From positions 1-64,000 of the IMG/VR virus record IMGVR_UViG_3300027852_000039: a stretch of 64,000 bases of DNA; one strand, written 5' to 3'. Both the position numbers and the translations under genes were made by a program. This stretch comes from a virus. Position 1 is the first letter of the stretch; the number at the start of each line of letters is the position of its first letter. The notes below the pieces were generated by a model. That model saw only the letters and a list, made by a program, of their open reading frames with translations, did not search any database and had not been told where the DNA came from. This document shows, piece by piece, positions 25,740 to 35,275 of the stretch.

Positions 25740-26473
25740 TAACAACGGATACGATCTACACGATGAAGCATGAAGAGCTTGATCGATGGATTATCGAGAA
25801 CGTCATGGAATGGAGAGCGCTCCCCTTCGACGCGCTTCAGGGACTCTTCGACCCGGAGGTATACATCGAGTTCCCCGCGTGCGTGTTCAATCCGAGGACT
25901 GAGGTCTATGAGATGTTTCCGCATTCGAAGGCGAGACATCCGATCCCCTTCTCGCCGTCGACGTTTCCGGAATCAGCGACGGCGGCACTCGACAAGATCT
26001 CCGATCGAGACGGATGGACCTACTCGATTCTTCGCGGATCCGCGAGCGAGCGACAGGCGATCCTCCGCGCGCTGAAGTGGAAGCTCGCGACGGAGGACGA
26101 GGAGAGAGACGGAGAGGGGATCTTCGTGGTTCTCGCGAGGAAAGGTCTTTGCGTCCTTGGACACGGTCCCCTCCTTCCACTTGCAGCGGCGCGCGCGGTC
26201 TGTCAGACCTTCGGGAAACCGGACGAGAGAGGTTTCGTCACGTCGAAGGAGATCCTCGAACAGACGGGAGTCAAGAGCGTTCAGACCCTCATGAACTGGA
26301 CGAAGCTCGGGATCCTTCCGTCTCCAAGAGTGACCGCTCAGAAGAACGGGCGCGGGTCGATCGCATGGTTCCCGTACTTCGCGCTCGACCGCGTGTCGAT
26401 GATCCTGGACCTAAAGAGGCAAGGGTACGGGATCCGGAGGATCAAGAAGATCCTGGACGTCGTCGGGCGCTGA
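25736..26473 (+). CDS. Protein with C-terminal MerR-like HTH
   Basis: EILEQTGV.S..TL.NW...GILP.P.......G....F; LK.QGY.I..IK. Confidence 0.7.
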   Translation: MITTDTIYTMKHEELDRWIIENVMEWRALPFDALQGLFDPEVYIEFPACVFNPRTEVYEMFPHSKARHPIPFSPSTFPESATAALDKISDRDGWTYSILRGSASERQAILRALKWKLATEDEERDGEGIFVVLARKGLCVLGHGPLLPLAAARAVCQTFGKPDERGFVTSKEILEQTGVKSVQTLMNWTKLGILPSPRVTAQKNGRGSIAWFPYFALDRVSMILDLKRQGYGIRRIKKILDVVGR

Positions 26474-26783
26474 TCTCGACGTTCTATCTCGTGCGAGATT
26501 TGTTCTACGAAGCACAGAACGATCGTTATATTCCTGGATTTCTGAGCGCGGCGAATTGGGCCGGTTAAACGCCGAAAAACGTGAATGCTGAAAAATCAAA
26601 GGCATAGCAAAAAGTCTCATTTTGAGAAAAATCTCTAAGCAGGAATCGCTCCTGTCTGAACGGGGTTAATTGTAAAAGTTTTGTAAAAAGACGGATATCA
26701 ACGATCCGCGATATCCGGTCGAACAAAGTCTCATAGAATCAACCGTTCGGATTGGGCCTATTCCTGACCCCCCCCTATGCGTA

Positions 26784-26941
26784 GAGCGTCACTTTCCCGT
26801 CCCCAAAAAAGAAGCCCATCCATCGAGGCATAGCTCGATCGGTGACGCTCGCCGTCACTCGGTTGACGCTCGTGGTCACTTCCCCGAGATCTCTGCGGGG
26901 GTCTATTCTCGCAAGTCCCCGGCGATGGGCCGCTTTTTTTT
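26784..26941. repeat. Nested inverted repeats / structured non-coding element
   Basis: GAGCGTCAC (26784) vs GTGACGCTC (26842); AAAAAAGAAGCCCATC vs GATGGGCCGCTTTTTTTT; tandem palindromes GTGAC-N7-GTCAC and TTGAC-N7-GTCAC. Confidence 0.6.
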
Positions 26942-26951
26942 CGGCGCGCTC

Positions 26952-26967
26952 TGGCACGGTTCCTGCT
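26952..26967 (+). promoter_or_regulatory. Sigma54 (-24/-12) promoter
   Basis: TGGCACGGTTCCTGCT vs consensus TGGCACG-N4-TTGCW (one mismatch), ~95 bp upstream of the gene at 27063. Confidence 0.65.
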
Positions 26968-27062
26968 CTATTTCTCGGGTAATGAATACATCTCTTAACT
27001 TTTGTTCGACAGGCATATACCACAGACCGCGCGGGAACGCGCAAGACGAAAAGGAGAACATC

Positions 27063-27362
27063 ATGAAGACGTTGACCGAGGGGACGAGGATCTTCAATCG
27101 CGGCGACATGGCGAACATCGAACACTTCGGAACGATTATCAAGGTCAAGACGGATCGATGGGGAACGCATTACAGGATCAGGATCGACGAGGAAGACAGA
27201 ACGACAGAGAGAGAAGAGTACGAAGTTCCGAAGTGCATGGTTCACGAAGTCGACAAGGGTCACGGGGGAACGAGGATCGTGACCGAGGAAGCGTACAACA
27301 GGTTGGGAGAGGAAAGGATCAGGGAGTTCAAGGAACGATACGGAAAGAAGGAGGTCGCGTAA
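27063..27362 (+). CDS. Hypothetical early protein
   Basis: AAGGAG RBS; GTRIFNRGDMAN. Confidence 0.7.
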   Translation: MKTLTEGTRIFNRGDMANIEHFGTIIKVKTDRWGTHYRIRIDEEDRTTEREEYEVPKCMVHEVDKGHGGTRIVTEEAYNRLGEERIREFKERYGKKEVA

Positions 27363-27547
27363 TGCGTTGTCCGAATTGCCCGAACATGGTCGACACGGTT
27401 GTCGTCGAGGAGAGAGAGGGGACCAGGGGAGCGATGATCGAGTGTCCCCTCTGCAAAGTCCGCGCTCGGGAATTTACGTGGGCGAACGCGAGCGCAAGGT
27501 ACGAAGAAGAATACGGACCGGACGAAGACGAACCTGTCAACGTGTAA
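27362..27547 (+). CDS. Zinc-ribbon protein
   Basis: CPNC...CPLC. Confidence 0.6.
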   Translation: MRCPNCPNMVDTVVVEEREGTRGAMIECPLCKVRAREFTWANASARYEEEYGPDEDEPVNV

Positions 27548-27631
27548 CCCGAAAGAAGTAAAGCGCAGCAAACCACAAACAGGAGAGCGGGGCGTCGACG
27601 GAGGAACCCGCTCTCCCCTGGAGGATGGAAC

Positions 27632-27808
27632 ATGACGATGCAAGCGAGAGAAAGAATCGAAGAGAGACTCGACGCGATCGAGAGAGAGATCGAAGAAGAG
27701 AAGAACGAAGTCCGCAAGGTTCTTCTTCGGCGCGAGCATAGGATTCTCTCGGGTTGGGATCACGTCGAGCAACAGTGTAAGAGAGACGGAATAGTCGAGG
27801 TATGGTGA
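27632..27808 (+). CDS. Hypothetical protein
   Basis: GGAGG RBS; preceded by hairpin GGAGAGCGGG..CCCGCTCTCC. Confidence 0.5.
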   Translation: MTMQARERIEERLDAIEREIEEEKNEVRKVLLRREHRILSGWDHVEQQCKRDGIVEVW

Positions 27809-27847
27809 ACGATCCTTGTCGGAGGGGATTGCTCACATCATAGAAGG

Positions 27848-28168
27848 ATGGAAGGAAGGACAATGAAGAGCGACACAAAAGACGAGATCATGGAACTAGT
27901 CAAGGAAGCGGAAGCGATGATGCTGGACGACACGTCAAGGTATTTCCTGAGCGGGTTGAGAAAGAAGCTAAAGGATCCGAACCTGAGAGCGGCGAACGCG
28001 TTCTCATGGAGCGAGGATCCGGAGAAGACGATCTTCGACGGGATCACCGGGATCCCGATCGAGAATTACGAAGGTCTGGTCCTCGTGTTCTTCAGCGACG
28101 GGTCGTGTTTCATGAGGACTTGGATCGAGAACCGCGAACGGAATTGGAGAGCGCTCGGAACCGACTAG
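27848..28168 (+). CDS. Hypothetical protein
   Basis: ORF track. Confidence 0.55.
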   Translation: MEGRTMKSDTKDEIMELVKEAEAMMLDDTSRYFLSGLRKKLKDPNLRAANAFSWSEDPEKTIFDGITGIPIENYEGLVLVFFSDGSCFMRTWIENRERNWRALGTD

Positions 28169-28193
28169 ACATCTCTGTCAAACATGGTACACT
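28166..28193 (+). promoter_or_regulatory. Sigma70-type promoter
   Basis: TAGACA-16-TACACT with TG extension, upstream of the AAA operon. Confidence 0.45.
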
Positions 28194-28241
28194 AGAATTA
28201 TGCGAATCGCATAACAACATGAACGAAGTACGGAGGAAGCA

Positions 28242-28514
28242 ATGAAAAAAGCGAGTGCGAAGAAAAAAACGGAGAAGAGGAACGATGAGATGTTCAACGA
28301 GAATGCTTCGGTCTTTGCAATCAAATATAAACGGTATGGAGAACTCAGCGATAGACTCATGGAGATTATCCATGTGAAAGTGGATTACTCCGAAGATCCT
28401 CTCCTTATGGCGAATGACGCGATTCGAAGGATGAGGAATCGCGCTGCGGATGCTCATCGGATCCTTGAGTCAGCATACGTCCTGAAAAACTTCGAAGCAA
28501 AGAAAGGAGACTGA
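28242..28514 (+). CDS. Hypothetical protein
   Basis: GGAGG RBS. Confidence 0.6.
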   Translation: MKKASAKKKTEKRNDEMFNENASVFAIKYKRYGELSDRLMEIIHVKVDYSEDPLLMANDAIRRMRNRAADAHRILESAYVLKNFEAKKGD

Positions 28515-28517
28515 ATC

Positions 28518-30068
28518 ATGAGAACACAAGACTTGAACTTCACGCATTATCACAACGCGGGGTTTCCGTACATTTGGATCGAGACGTTCGAAGCGGACCG
28601 ATTGATCCGAGACATGACCGCGATGATCCCCGAGGAGGAGGAGGTCTTTCAGTGGGACATGGTCGACGGGATCTACGAAGCGCGGTCCGGGAAGCACATC
28701 GAGATCGAGAGGAGCGACGATGATGATGACAAAGACGAGGGACCGAAGGCGCAAGACATGATCGATCTTCTCGTGTCAAGGGACGGACCCGCGATCATGT
28801 TCGCGGTGAACTTTCATTTCGTCCTGGACGAGAGGGTCAACCCGGAGGAGAGAGCGGAGATCATTCAGAAGCTCGTCAACGCGCGAGACGAGCTTCAGAG
28901 AAAGGGGAACTGCCTCGTCGTTGTCTGTCCGGTCCTGGAGATTCCGCTCGAACTGTCCAAGATATTTCAGACGATCGAGTTCGATCTCCCCACGAAAGAA
29001 AAGCTCCGAGAGGTCTTCGAGCAGCAAGCCAAGAACGCGAAGCTCCCGGAATCGAGCAATGACCACATGGAGAGCGTTCTCGAATCGGCGGTTGGTCTGA
29101 CAGCACACGAAGCGGAAAACGCTGCGGCGCTCTCTATTGCGGCGATCGACGCTCTCGACCCGAAGATCATCTCTCATCTTCGCGCGGATATGATTCGTCA
29201 GAGCGCGACTCTTGAGGTTGGAAGGTTCGAGAAGACGCTCGATGACCTGAAGGGGATGGACGCCGTCAAGGGATACATTCTCGATTCCCTGAAGAGCGAC
29301 AAGTACAAGGGGATCCTCCTCATCGGGATGGCGGGAAGCGGGAAAACGGAACTCGCGAAGACGATCGGAGCGCACGTCGAGCGGGACACGATCATCGCGG
29401 ATATCAACAAGATCATGTCGGAAGGAAAGGCGCTTGTCGGTCAAGCGGAGACGAAAGCGTATCAGTCGACGAAGATCATCGACTCGCAAGGAAGTCCGAT
29501 CGTCATGTTCGACGAGATCGAGAAGGGACATCCGGGAGCGCGCGCGCACGAAGGAGACGGGGGATCGAGAAGCGGCGTCGGCGCGATTCTTCTGAAGTGG
29601 TTGTCGGACCGTCCTCGCGGAAAGGCGTACGTGATTGCGACGTGTAACGCAATCGACAAGCTCCCTCCGGCATGGAAGCGCGCGGGACGATGGGACGCGA
29701 TCTTCTTCGTGGACTTCCCGGACAAGGAGACGCGGGACGAGATCCTCGATCATTACTGCAAGATTCACGACGTCGATAACTTCGACGCTCCCGAGATGGA
29801 AGGATGGACCGGAGCGGAGATCGAGCAAATGGTCCTCAACGCGTCGATGTTGAATCGGACCCTGAAGGACGCGAGCATGTTCGTGACTCCGATCGTGGAA
29901 GTGGATCCCGAGGGAGTGAAGGAGCTTGAAGACTGGGCATTCCCGAAGGGGAGAGACAAGAAGGGGCGATGTGTCCTTGCGACCACGAGGAAGAATCCGA
30001 AGGACAAGAAGATCGATCCGTCCGGATCGACCAGGAGAATCAAGCGGGACGGCGAGAGCGTCAACTAG
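28518..30068 (+). CDS. Ycf46-like AAA+ ATPase
   Basis: N-terminal AGFPYIWIETFE, inactive first domain, Walker A GMAGSGKT, Walker B MFDEIEK, ATCN....LPP...R.GRWD..FFVD.P, GWTGAEIEQ. Confidence 0.88.
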   Translation: MRTQDLNFTHYHNAGFPYIWIETFEADRLIRDMTAMIPEEEEVFQWDMVDGIYEARSGKHIEIERSDDDDDKDEGPKAQDMIDLLVSRDGPAIMFAVNFHFVLDERVNPEERAEIIQKLVNARDELQRKGNCLVVVCPVLEIPLELSKIFQTIEFDLPTKEKLREVFEQQAKNAKLPESSNDHMESVLESAVGLTAHEAENAAALSIAAIDALDPKIISHLRADMIRQSATLEVGRFEKTLDDLKGMDAVKGYILDSLKSDKYKGILLIGMAGSGKTELAKTIGAHVERDTIIADINKIMSEGKALVGQAETKAYQSTKIIDSQGSPIVMFDEIEKGHPGARAHEGDGGSRSGVGAILLKWLSDRPRGKAYVIATCNAIDKLPPAWKRAGRWDAIFFVDFPDKETRDEILDHYCKIHDVDNFDAPEMEGWTGAEIEQMVLNASMLNRTLKDASMFVTPIVEVDPEGVKELEDWAFPKGRDKKGRCVLATTRKNPKDKKIDPSGSTRRIKRDGESVN

Positions 30069-30116
30069 AAGTTGAACAGAGATCTCTAACGACTTAGGAA
30101 ACAGGAGGAGAACATC

Positions 30117-30584
30117 ATGAGTCACGTCGACGTAATGGAAGTCGATTGTTCCGACCTGGACGTGGTCGAGGCGGCGATCAAGCGGTTGCACCCTGGAGCG
30201 GAACTTCGGAGGAATCAGAAGACATACGCATGGTGGGGACACTCGATCGGAGACTATCCGATCCCGGACGGGTTCACGGAGAAGGATCTCGGGAAGTGCG
30301 ATCACGCGATCAGGATCCCCGGCTGCGCGTATGAGATCGGGATCGTCAAGCATCCGAAGACCGGACAGTACGTCTTCATCGCGGACTTCTTTCAAACGGG
30401 AAGCTTGAAAAGGATTTGCGGCGCTCACGGAAATCTGTTGAAGCAAGCGTACACCGTCGAGAAGACGACGAAGGCGGCGAAGGCGAAGGGGTTCAAGGTG
30501 AAGGAGACGAAGCGGTCCAAGCTGCGGCGCTTCTTGAGCCGCGACAAACAATCGCTCGGGATTCAACTAAAGATCACGAGGTAA
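30117..30584 (+). CDS. DUF1257 (Ycf35-like) protein
   Basis: MSH......DL..., YEIG, Y.F.AD.F, LKQAY......A...GF. Confidence 0.75.
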   Translation: MSHVDVMEVDCSDLDVVEAAIKRLHPGAELRRNQKTYAWWGHSIGDYPIPDGFTEKDLGKCDHAIRIPGCAYEIGIVKHPKTGQYVFIADFFQTGSLKRICGAHGNLLKQAYTVEKTTKAAKAKGFKVKETKRSKLRRFLSRDKQSLGIQLKITR

Positions 30585-30598
30585 CGGAGGTCAACATC

Positions 30599-30805
30599 AT
30601 GACGAGAAGACTCAAAAAAGGCGAAGAGATCATCGTGAATTGTTACGATGACGGTGAAGTCGAGGTCAAGGCGAAAGGGTTCAAGGGAGGATCCTGTTAT
30701 GAGGCAACGCAATTCCTGGAGAAAGCTCTCGGACGCGTTAAGAAAACGAGGAAGACTTCCGATTACTTCAAACAGCGGAAAGAACGAGAGCGTGTCCGGG
30801 GATGA
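30599..30805 (+). CDS. DUF2997 protein
   Basis: DGEVEV...GF.G.SC..AT..LEKALG.......T.DY. Confidence 0.85.
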   Translation: MTRRLKKGEEIIVNCYDDGEVEVKAKGFKGGSCYEATQFLEKALGRVKKTRKTSDYFKQRKERERVRG

Positions 30806-30962
30806 GATCACGATGTTCTGTCGAGACGATGGAAAGCTCGAAATCCCGTGGTCGACACCGGAATCTCGGGACGTCCTTTGTGGCGTCTGCGAGAAGTGCG
30901 CGGGATGGAGAACGGAGAGTCGTCCAAGAGATTGTGTGGTCGGGAATCCGTGGTGCGGGTAA
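30792..30962 (+). CDS. Small Cys-rich peptide ending PWCG
   Basis: GTG start at 30792 (alternative ATG at 30813); lies between DUF2997 and DUF3150-like genes. Confidence 0.4.
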   Translation: MSGDEITMFCRDDGKLEIPWSTPESRDVLCGVCEKCAGWRTESRPRDCVVGNPWCG

Positions 30963-31000
30963 ATTTCAAGACAATGTGATGTGCAACGGAGGAGAGAATC

Positions 31001-31963
31001 ATGAAGACGAAGAAGAAAGAAAAGTCTGAAGAGAAGAAGATCCCCGAGGTCTTCGAGTGCGGTCGACTCCTGAAGCTCCGCTTCTCCCAATGGCAAGGGA
31101 GGAAGAAGGTCGATCAGGATAAAGTCGAGTGCAAACCAGGAGATGACGGGGCGGTCGCGAAAGAAGGGACGTGGGACGCGAGGAAGTCCCTTGTCGATCG
31201 AGACAAGGCGATCCTTCCAATCAACAGGGTAAAGGGACAAACCGTCGCAGAAGTCGAGAGAAGGATGGTTCCCGGATGGGATGACCGCGCAAGCTTCTTC
31301 ATCGCGAAGAACGACATCCTGTCGACGGAAGCGTTACTGAAGGAAATGAGCGTCCTGTTTTATGAGAAGGTCGAGACGCTCCATAAGGAGATGGAGAATC
31401 TCAAAGCGGAAGCGCGAGTGAACCTCGGTCCACTCTACAATCCGGAAGACTATCCGGACGACGTCCGGAATCACTTCAAGATGTCTTGGAACTGGTTGAA
31501 GGTCACTCCCGAGAACGGTGACGACGTCCTCCCTCCCGAGATGCAAGCGAACGAGATCGACAAGTTCAAGGACATGATGGGAGAGTTCCGAGAGACGGCG
31601 ATGTTCAATCTTCGTCTCGCGTTCAAGGAGGTCGTCGGGGAGATCGTCGAGGGTCTGACGTCCGGATCGAAGGACGGGAAGCGGAAGGTCATCCGTGGGG
31701 ACTTCGTCGAGTCCAGGGTCGAGAAGATTCAACACCTGTCCTCCCTGAACGTCTTCCAGGACGGCGATCTTGAGAAGGAGATCGAGAACCTTCAGCGGAT
31801 CCTGAACGGCGTCGACATCGAGGATCTGAAGGAGGACGAGAAGTTCAAGAAGCGGGTCCGGACCGAGGTCGGGAAGATCTCGAAAGCGGTCCGTCCCTGG
31901 ATGGACGACGCTCCGATTCGGAGGATCATCCGTCCGTCCAGGTTGAAGCACCTGGATAAGTAG
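31001..31963 (+). CDS. DUF3150-like protein with C-terminal RRIIRP
   Basis: W.G.KK, L...YNP.DYP..VR..F...W, LNVF.D..L; usual neighbour of this AAA module. Confidence 0.6.
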   Translation: MKTKKKEKSEEKKIPEVFECGRLLKLRFSQWQGRKKVDQDKVECKPGDDGAVAKEGTWDARKSLVDRDKAILPINRVKGQTVAEVERRMVPGWDDRASFFIAKNDILSTEALLKEMSVLFYEKVETLHKEMENLKAEARVNLGPLYNPEDYPDDVRNHFKMSWNWLKVTPENGDDVLPPEMQANEIDKFKDMMGEFRETAMFNLRLAFKEVVGEIVEGLTSGSKDGKRKVIRGDFVESRVEKIQHLSSLNVFQDGDLEKEIENLQRILNGVDIEDLKEDEKFKKRVRTEVGKISKAVRPWMDDAPIRRIIRPSRLKHLDK

Positions 31964-31977
31964 GATCCCCGAGAATG

Positions 31978-32010
31978 GGGAAGGGGGACAAGGCGCTCCC
32001 CTTCCCTTTC
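31978..32010 (+). terminator. Intrinsic terminator
   Basis: GGGAAGGGG...CCCCTTCCC followed by TTT. Confidence 0.55.
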
Positions 32011-32064
32011 GGGAGCGGGGGACATGCTCAGAATCGATTCTCGTAAGCGAGGGAGGACATTCAG

Positions 32065-32334
32065 ATGACGGACGACGTCGTACAGAAAAACCGGAGGAAA
32101 TACCTCGGATACAAGGTCCAGGGAACAGGAGTCGACGCGAAGATCATCGCCGTGGATCTCCGCGATGCAACGGGGGTCACGCTTCAGGAAGCGAAGAGTC
32201 AACTCCGGATCTATCATCTCGCGCAAGCGGAGCGTCTCGCGGGACTCGCGAGGATGCACAAGGACGCGGCGAAGAATGTCCGGTCGATCCGGAAGAAGGA
32301 CATTCCGAAACGAGACAGGAGGAAGAAGAAATGA
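32065..32334 (+). CDS. Hypothetical protein
   Basis: GGAGG RBS. Confidence 0.6.
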   Translation: MTDDVVQKNRRKYLGYKVQGTGVDAKIIAVDLRDATGVTLQEAKSQLRIYHLAQAERLAGLARMHKDAAKNVRSIRKKDIPKRDRRKKK

Positions 32335-32612
32335 AGGCGATACTTCTCGAAGATCTGTCTCCGTCTTGTCATCGCTGCGGGGGACGGATGGAGTTTCACA
32401 GATGGAAGGACGGAGCGAACATTTGTCAAAGGTGTCAGACCGAGGTCGCGAATCTCAAGGACGAGAGCGAGGAGTTTCTCAATTCGGAGGAGACGTGTAC
32501 GGATTGTGGGGACACGGTCCGGATGGGAGACATCTCGATCGACAACGGCGGTTTGATGCTCTGCGAGTTGTGCGCTTCGTGGAAGAGAAGACCCGATCAG
32601 AGGAGGAACTGA
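32331..32612 (+). CDS. Double zinc-finger protein
   Basis: Four CxxC pairs. Confidence 0.65.
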   Translation: MKAILLEDLSPSCHRCGGRMEFHRWKDGANICQRCQTEVANLKDESEEFLNSEETCTDCGDTVRMGDISIDNGGLMLCELCASWKRRPDQRRN

Positions 32613-32614
32613 AC

Positions 32615-32932
32615 ATGAAGGACTCGGAGTTATTGAAGGCGCTCAACGCGCATAGAGCGGTAACGAGCGAAGTGAGCCTCCTTCTTCAGACATACAGGGA
32701 CTCGGAGATCGAGCAAGGAGAGGACTCGTACGGAACCTTCGCGGAGAGGATTGCTTGTGCGTGCGAGGATATCGTAACGCGTCATCGGTCGGAGTGGGAG
32801 TCGATGACGAAAGAGGAACGGAAGATCGCAGCGTCGCAGATCTTGAGCGCTCGAATGTTATTCATGAAGGTCGTCCCGGAAGGATACGTCTCCGGATACG
32901 AGGGGAAGGTAATCACAGAGATTCCTTTTTGA
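32615..32932 (+). CDS. Hypothetical protein
   Basis: GGAGG RBS; ends EIPF (SSB-like tail). Confidence 0.6.
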   Translation: MKDSELLKALNAHRAVTSEVSLLLQTYRDSEIEQGEDSYGTFAERIACACEDIVTRHRSEWESMTKEERKIAASQILSARMLFMKVVPEGYVSGYEGKVITEIPF

Positions 32933-32950
32933 AGGACGGAGGATCTGAAC

Positions 32951-33343
32951 ATGATGGAGACGAAGAAAGGATCCGCGCTCCCGCTTGCGGAGTCGGTCGA
33001 GGCGTTCCTGTCGGAAGCGGAGTGCGCGCTCCACGAGCGCGATGTGATCGAGGCGAACGGGCGAACGTACTTGACCGCGTTCGGAATGCGACGGATCGCG
33101 AGAATGTATGCGAAGTATCATCCGAAGGAAGACCCGGAGGAGCAAACCATGAAGACGCATCGTACGGATCAGGAAGGTCGGTTCAGAATGTGGATCCCGG
33201 AAGTATCGGAGGAGATCTTCGATCACTTCGCCGTGAAGAAGATCGTCGTCCAGGTCGAGAAGGATGGTCGTCCGACGAGCTTCGTCTTTTATCGAACGGA
33301 AGGAGAACAATATGCCTTCTCAGGCAAAATGCACAACCTGTAA
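32951..33343 (+). CDS. Hypothetical protein
   Basis: GGAGG RBS. Confidence 0.6.
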   Translation: MMETKKGSALPLAESVEAFLSEAECALHERDVIEANGRTYLTAFGMRRIARMYAKYHPKEDPEEQTMKTHRTDQEGRFRMWIPEVSEEIFDHFAVKKIVVQVEKDGRPTSFVFYRTEGEQYAFSGKMHNL

Positions 33344-33632
33344 AGTCCGGTTCGTTTGGGATCCTGAGTATCTTCCGAAGGACGTCGACGCGGCGACGCG
33401 GAGGAAGGTGACGACGAGGATCAATCAACGGGGGAGCGACAACTCGATCACGAATGAACCACTCCGGAAGCTCGCGTGTCGGCACTGCAACGGCGCGCTC
33501 GAAGCGACGTCGTATCATTCGAAGCTTCTGGTATCCACGGATCTTCCGGTCTATCGCGAGGGTGTCGAGGGAAAGCATCGGTCGTTCCCTCCGGAGTTTC
33601 GGAAGAGATCTCGGGGACAATTCTCTTCTTGA
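33312..33632 (+). CDS. Zinc-ribbon protein
   Basis: CTTC ... CRHC. Confidence 0.55.
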   Translation: MPSQAKCTTCKVRFVWDPEYLPKDVDAATRRKVTTRINQRGSDNSITNEPLRKLACRHCNGALEATSYHSKLLVSTDLPVYREGVEGKHRSFPPEFRKRSRGQFSS

Positions 33633-33695
33633 TCTCTTTATGCAATCCGCATAAACTGAAGTCATACCCTGAGACGAACCGGAGGAAAGGAAGAG

Positions 33696-33953
33696 ATGTC
33701 GAACGGATGCATCAAGAAGAGAAAGAGGAAGCTCGTTCCGTGGGATCGTGAATGGAAGAACGTCAAGGAAGATGCGCGCTCGCTTACGAAGGAACTCGAT
33801 TTTCTCGGGGTCGACAACCTGATCGTTCGGAAGCTCGATCTCAAAGAACTTCGAACTCTCCGCGCGGCGCTCCTGAATCTGTTTGTTCGCGCGGATCTGT
33901 ACTATTCGATGAGACTGGAAGAGTCAATCGACAAAGGAGGGAAGAAAAAATGA
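33696..33953 (+). CDS. Hypothetical protein
   Basis: Preceded by TTGATC-17-TAAACT (33629-33657) and a GGAGG RBS. Confidence 0.55.
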   Translation: MSNGCIKKRKRKLVPWDREWKNVKEDARSLTKELDFLGVDNLIVRKLDLKELRTLRAALLNLFVRADLYYSMRLEESIDKGGKKK

Positions 33954-34189
33954 ATGTCATGGGCGCTGTGTGTGATGCGTGCGAGGTTGCGTTCGAGTCG
34001 AGGTCGGTCCCTTTCGACGTGAGGAAGGCGCAGTGTCTGTACTGCGGGGGGAAACTTCGACCGCTGTCGTTCAAGGACGAGTACCCGAAGCTCACCGTCA
34101 ATCCTCCGAGTCAGTACGGGAGAGCGACAGAGAAGACGGATCGGATCTTCGGGAAACCTGAGAAGTCAAGAGCATGGGGGACGGTATGA
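33950..34189 (+). CDS. Zinc-ribbon protein
   Basis: CDAC ... CLYC. Confidence 0.6.
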   Translation: MNVMGAVCDACEVAFESRSVPFDVRKAQCLYCGGKLRPLSFKDEYPKLTVNPPSQYGRATEKTDRIFGKPEKSRAWGTV

Positions 34190-34536
34190 AGACACCTAAA
34201 TGGGTTTGGATTGTGATCGGGATCGCGGCGCTCGCGACGGTTGTGTCGATCGTCCTGGACTTCATGAGTGTCGCGGAAGGATCCGAGGTCGGGACGATCT
34301 TCTGTTCCGGAAGAATCGTGGATGTCGGAGATCCGGAGATCGAGCTTCTCTCGAAGTGTGGAAGTCCGACGACGTCCTCGCCGTGCGATCAGGACTATTA
34401 CTTCGAACCGAACCACGTCCGGAGGAAGTGTGTCGTCACGCATTACTACAACCGAGGGTCCGGACAGTTCATGAAGGCGGTTACGGTGAGCGGCGGGAGA
34501 GTGATCGGAATCCAGGATCTCGACTATGGGAACTGA
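34186..34536 (+). CDS. DUF2845 family exported protein
   Basis: TM/signal, C.GRIV.VGD...ELL.KCG.P, YN.G......V....GRV..I. Confidence 0.8.
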   Translation: MKTPKWVWIVIGIAALATVVSIVLDFMSVAEGSEVGTIFCSGRIVDVGDPEIELLSKCGSPTTSSPCDQDYYFEPNHVRRKCVVTHYYNRGSGQFMKAVTVSGGRVIGIQDLDYGN

Positions 34537-34608
34537 ACCCAAGAAGCCTATCCTTATCTCTATCGTGAACTTGACACGATGACTAAACCAAAAGGAGGAT
34601 GTGAAGAG

Positions 34609-35025
34609 ATGTCTGAAAAGAATCTGAGTCTGAAGAGGGTCGCGAGGGAAGTTCTCGAAGCGTATCGACTCCGAAAGTGGATCCCTCGGGATCTCCTCGT
34701 GGACCTGGAGACGGCGATCAAGGAACCGAAAGCGACCGAGAAGGAAAAGGCGAAGGACGCTCCCTTCGAATGGGACAAGATCTCGAAGCTTACCGCACGC
34801 GGGAGGAACGGAAACTTCGCGGTTCAGGGGATCGAGATTGACCGTACGGCGCTCGTCGACGGCGAGGGAGTGGGGACTGTCGCCCTCTTCTCGAAACAGC
34901 GCGGAAAGACCGCTCCCGTTCTTCTCACGGGGGAATCTCACGAGCTTGTCCCCATGTTCCGAGCGATCGCGGACATCCTCGAAGGGGACCATTCTCAGAC
35001 GATCGCGCTCAAGTTCAAGATCTGA
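34609..35025 (+). CDS. Hypothetical protein
   Basis: AAGGAGG RBS. Confidence 0.6.
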   Translation: MSEKNLSLKRVAREVLEAYRLRKWIPRDLLVDLETAIKEPKATEKEKAKDAPFEWDKISKLTARGRNGNFAVQGIEIDRTALVDGEGVGTVALFSKQRGKTAPVLLTGESHELVPMFRAIADILEGDHSQTIALKFKI

Positions 35026-35038
35026 AGGAAGGGAGGAC

Positions 35039-35275
35039 ATGAACAAGAAGAGAAGAAAGATCAACAGGATCCTTACGAACCCGTTCATGAAGGGAGAGGA
35101 TCTCCGGAACCTCCGGGAGACGTTCGGGTGGACGCAATTTCAGGTAGCGACCATCTTGGGGGTGGATCAATCTCAGATCTCGCGATGGGAGACGAGGAGC
35201 GAGTATGTCCCGAACATGGCGCGGAAGCTCCTTCAAGATCACTGCGATGTTGTTCGGGAGAAGTACGGAGTATGA
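35039..35275 (+). CDS. XRE-family HTH protein
   Basis: LRNLRE..GWTQ.QVA..LGV.QS.ISRWE. Confidence 0.85.
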   Translation: MNKKRRKINRILTNPFMKGEDLRNLRETFGWTQFQVATILGVDQSQISRWETRSEYVPNMARKLLQDHCDVVREKYGV

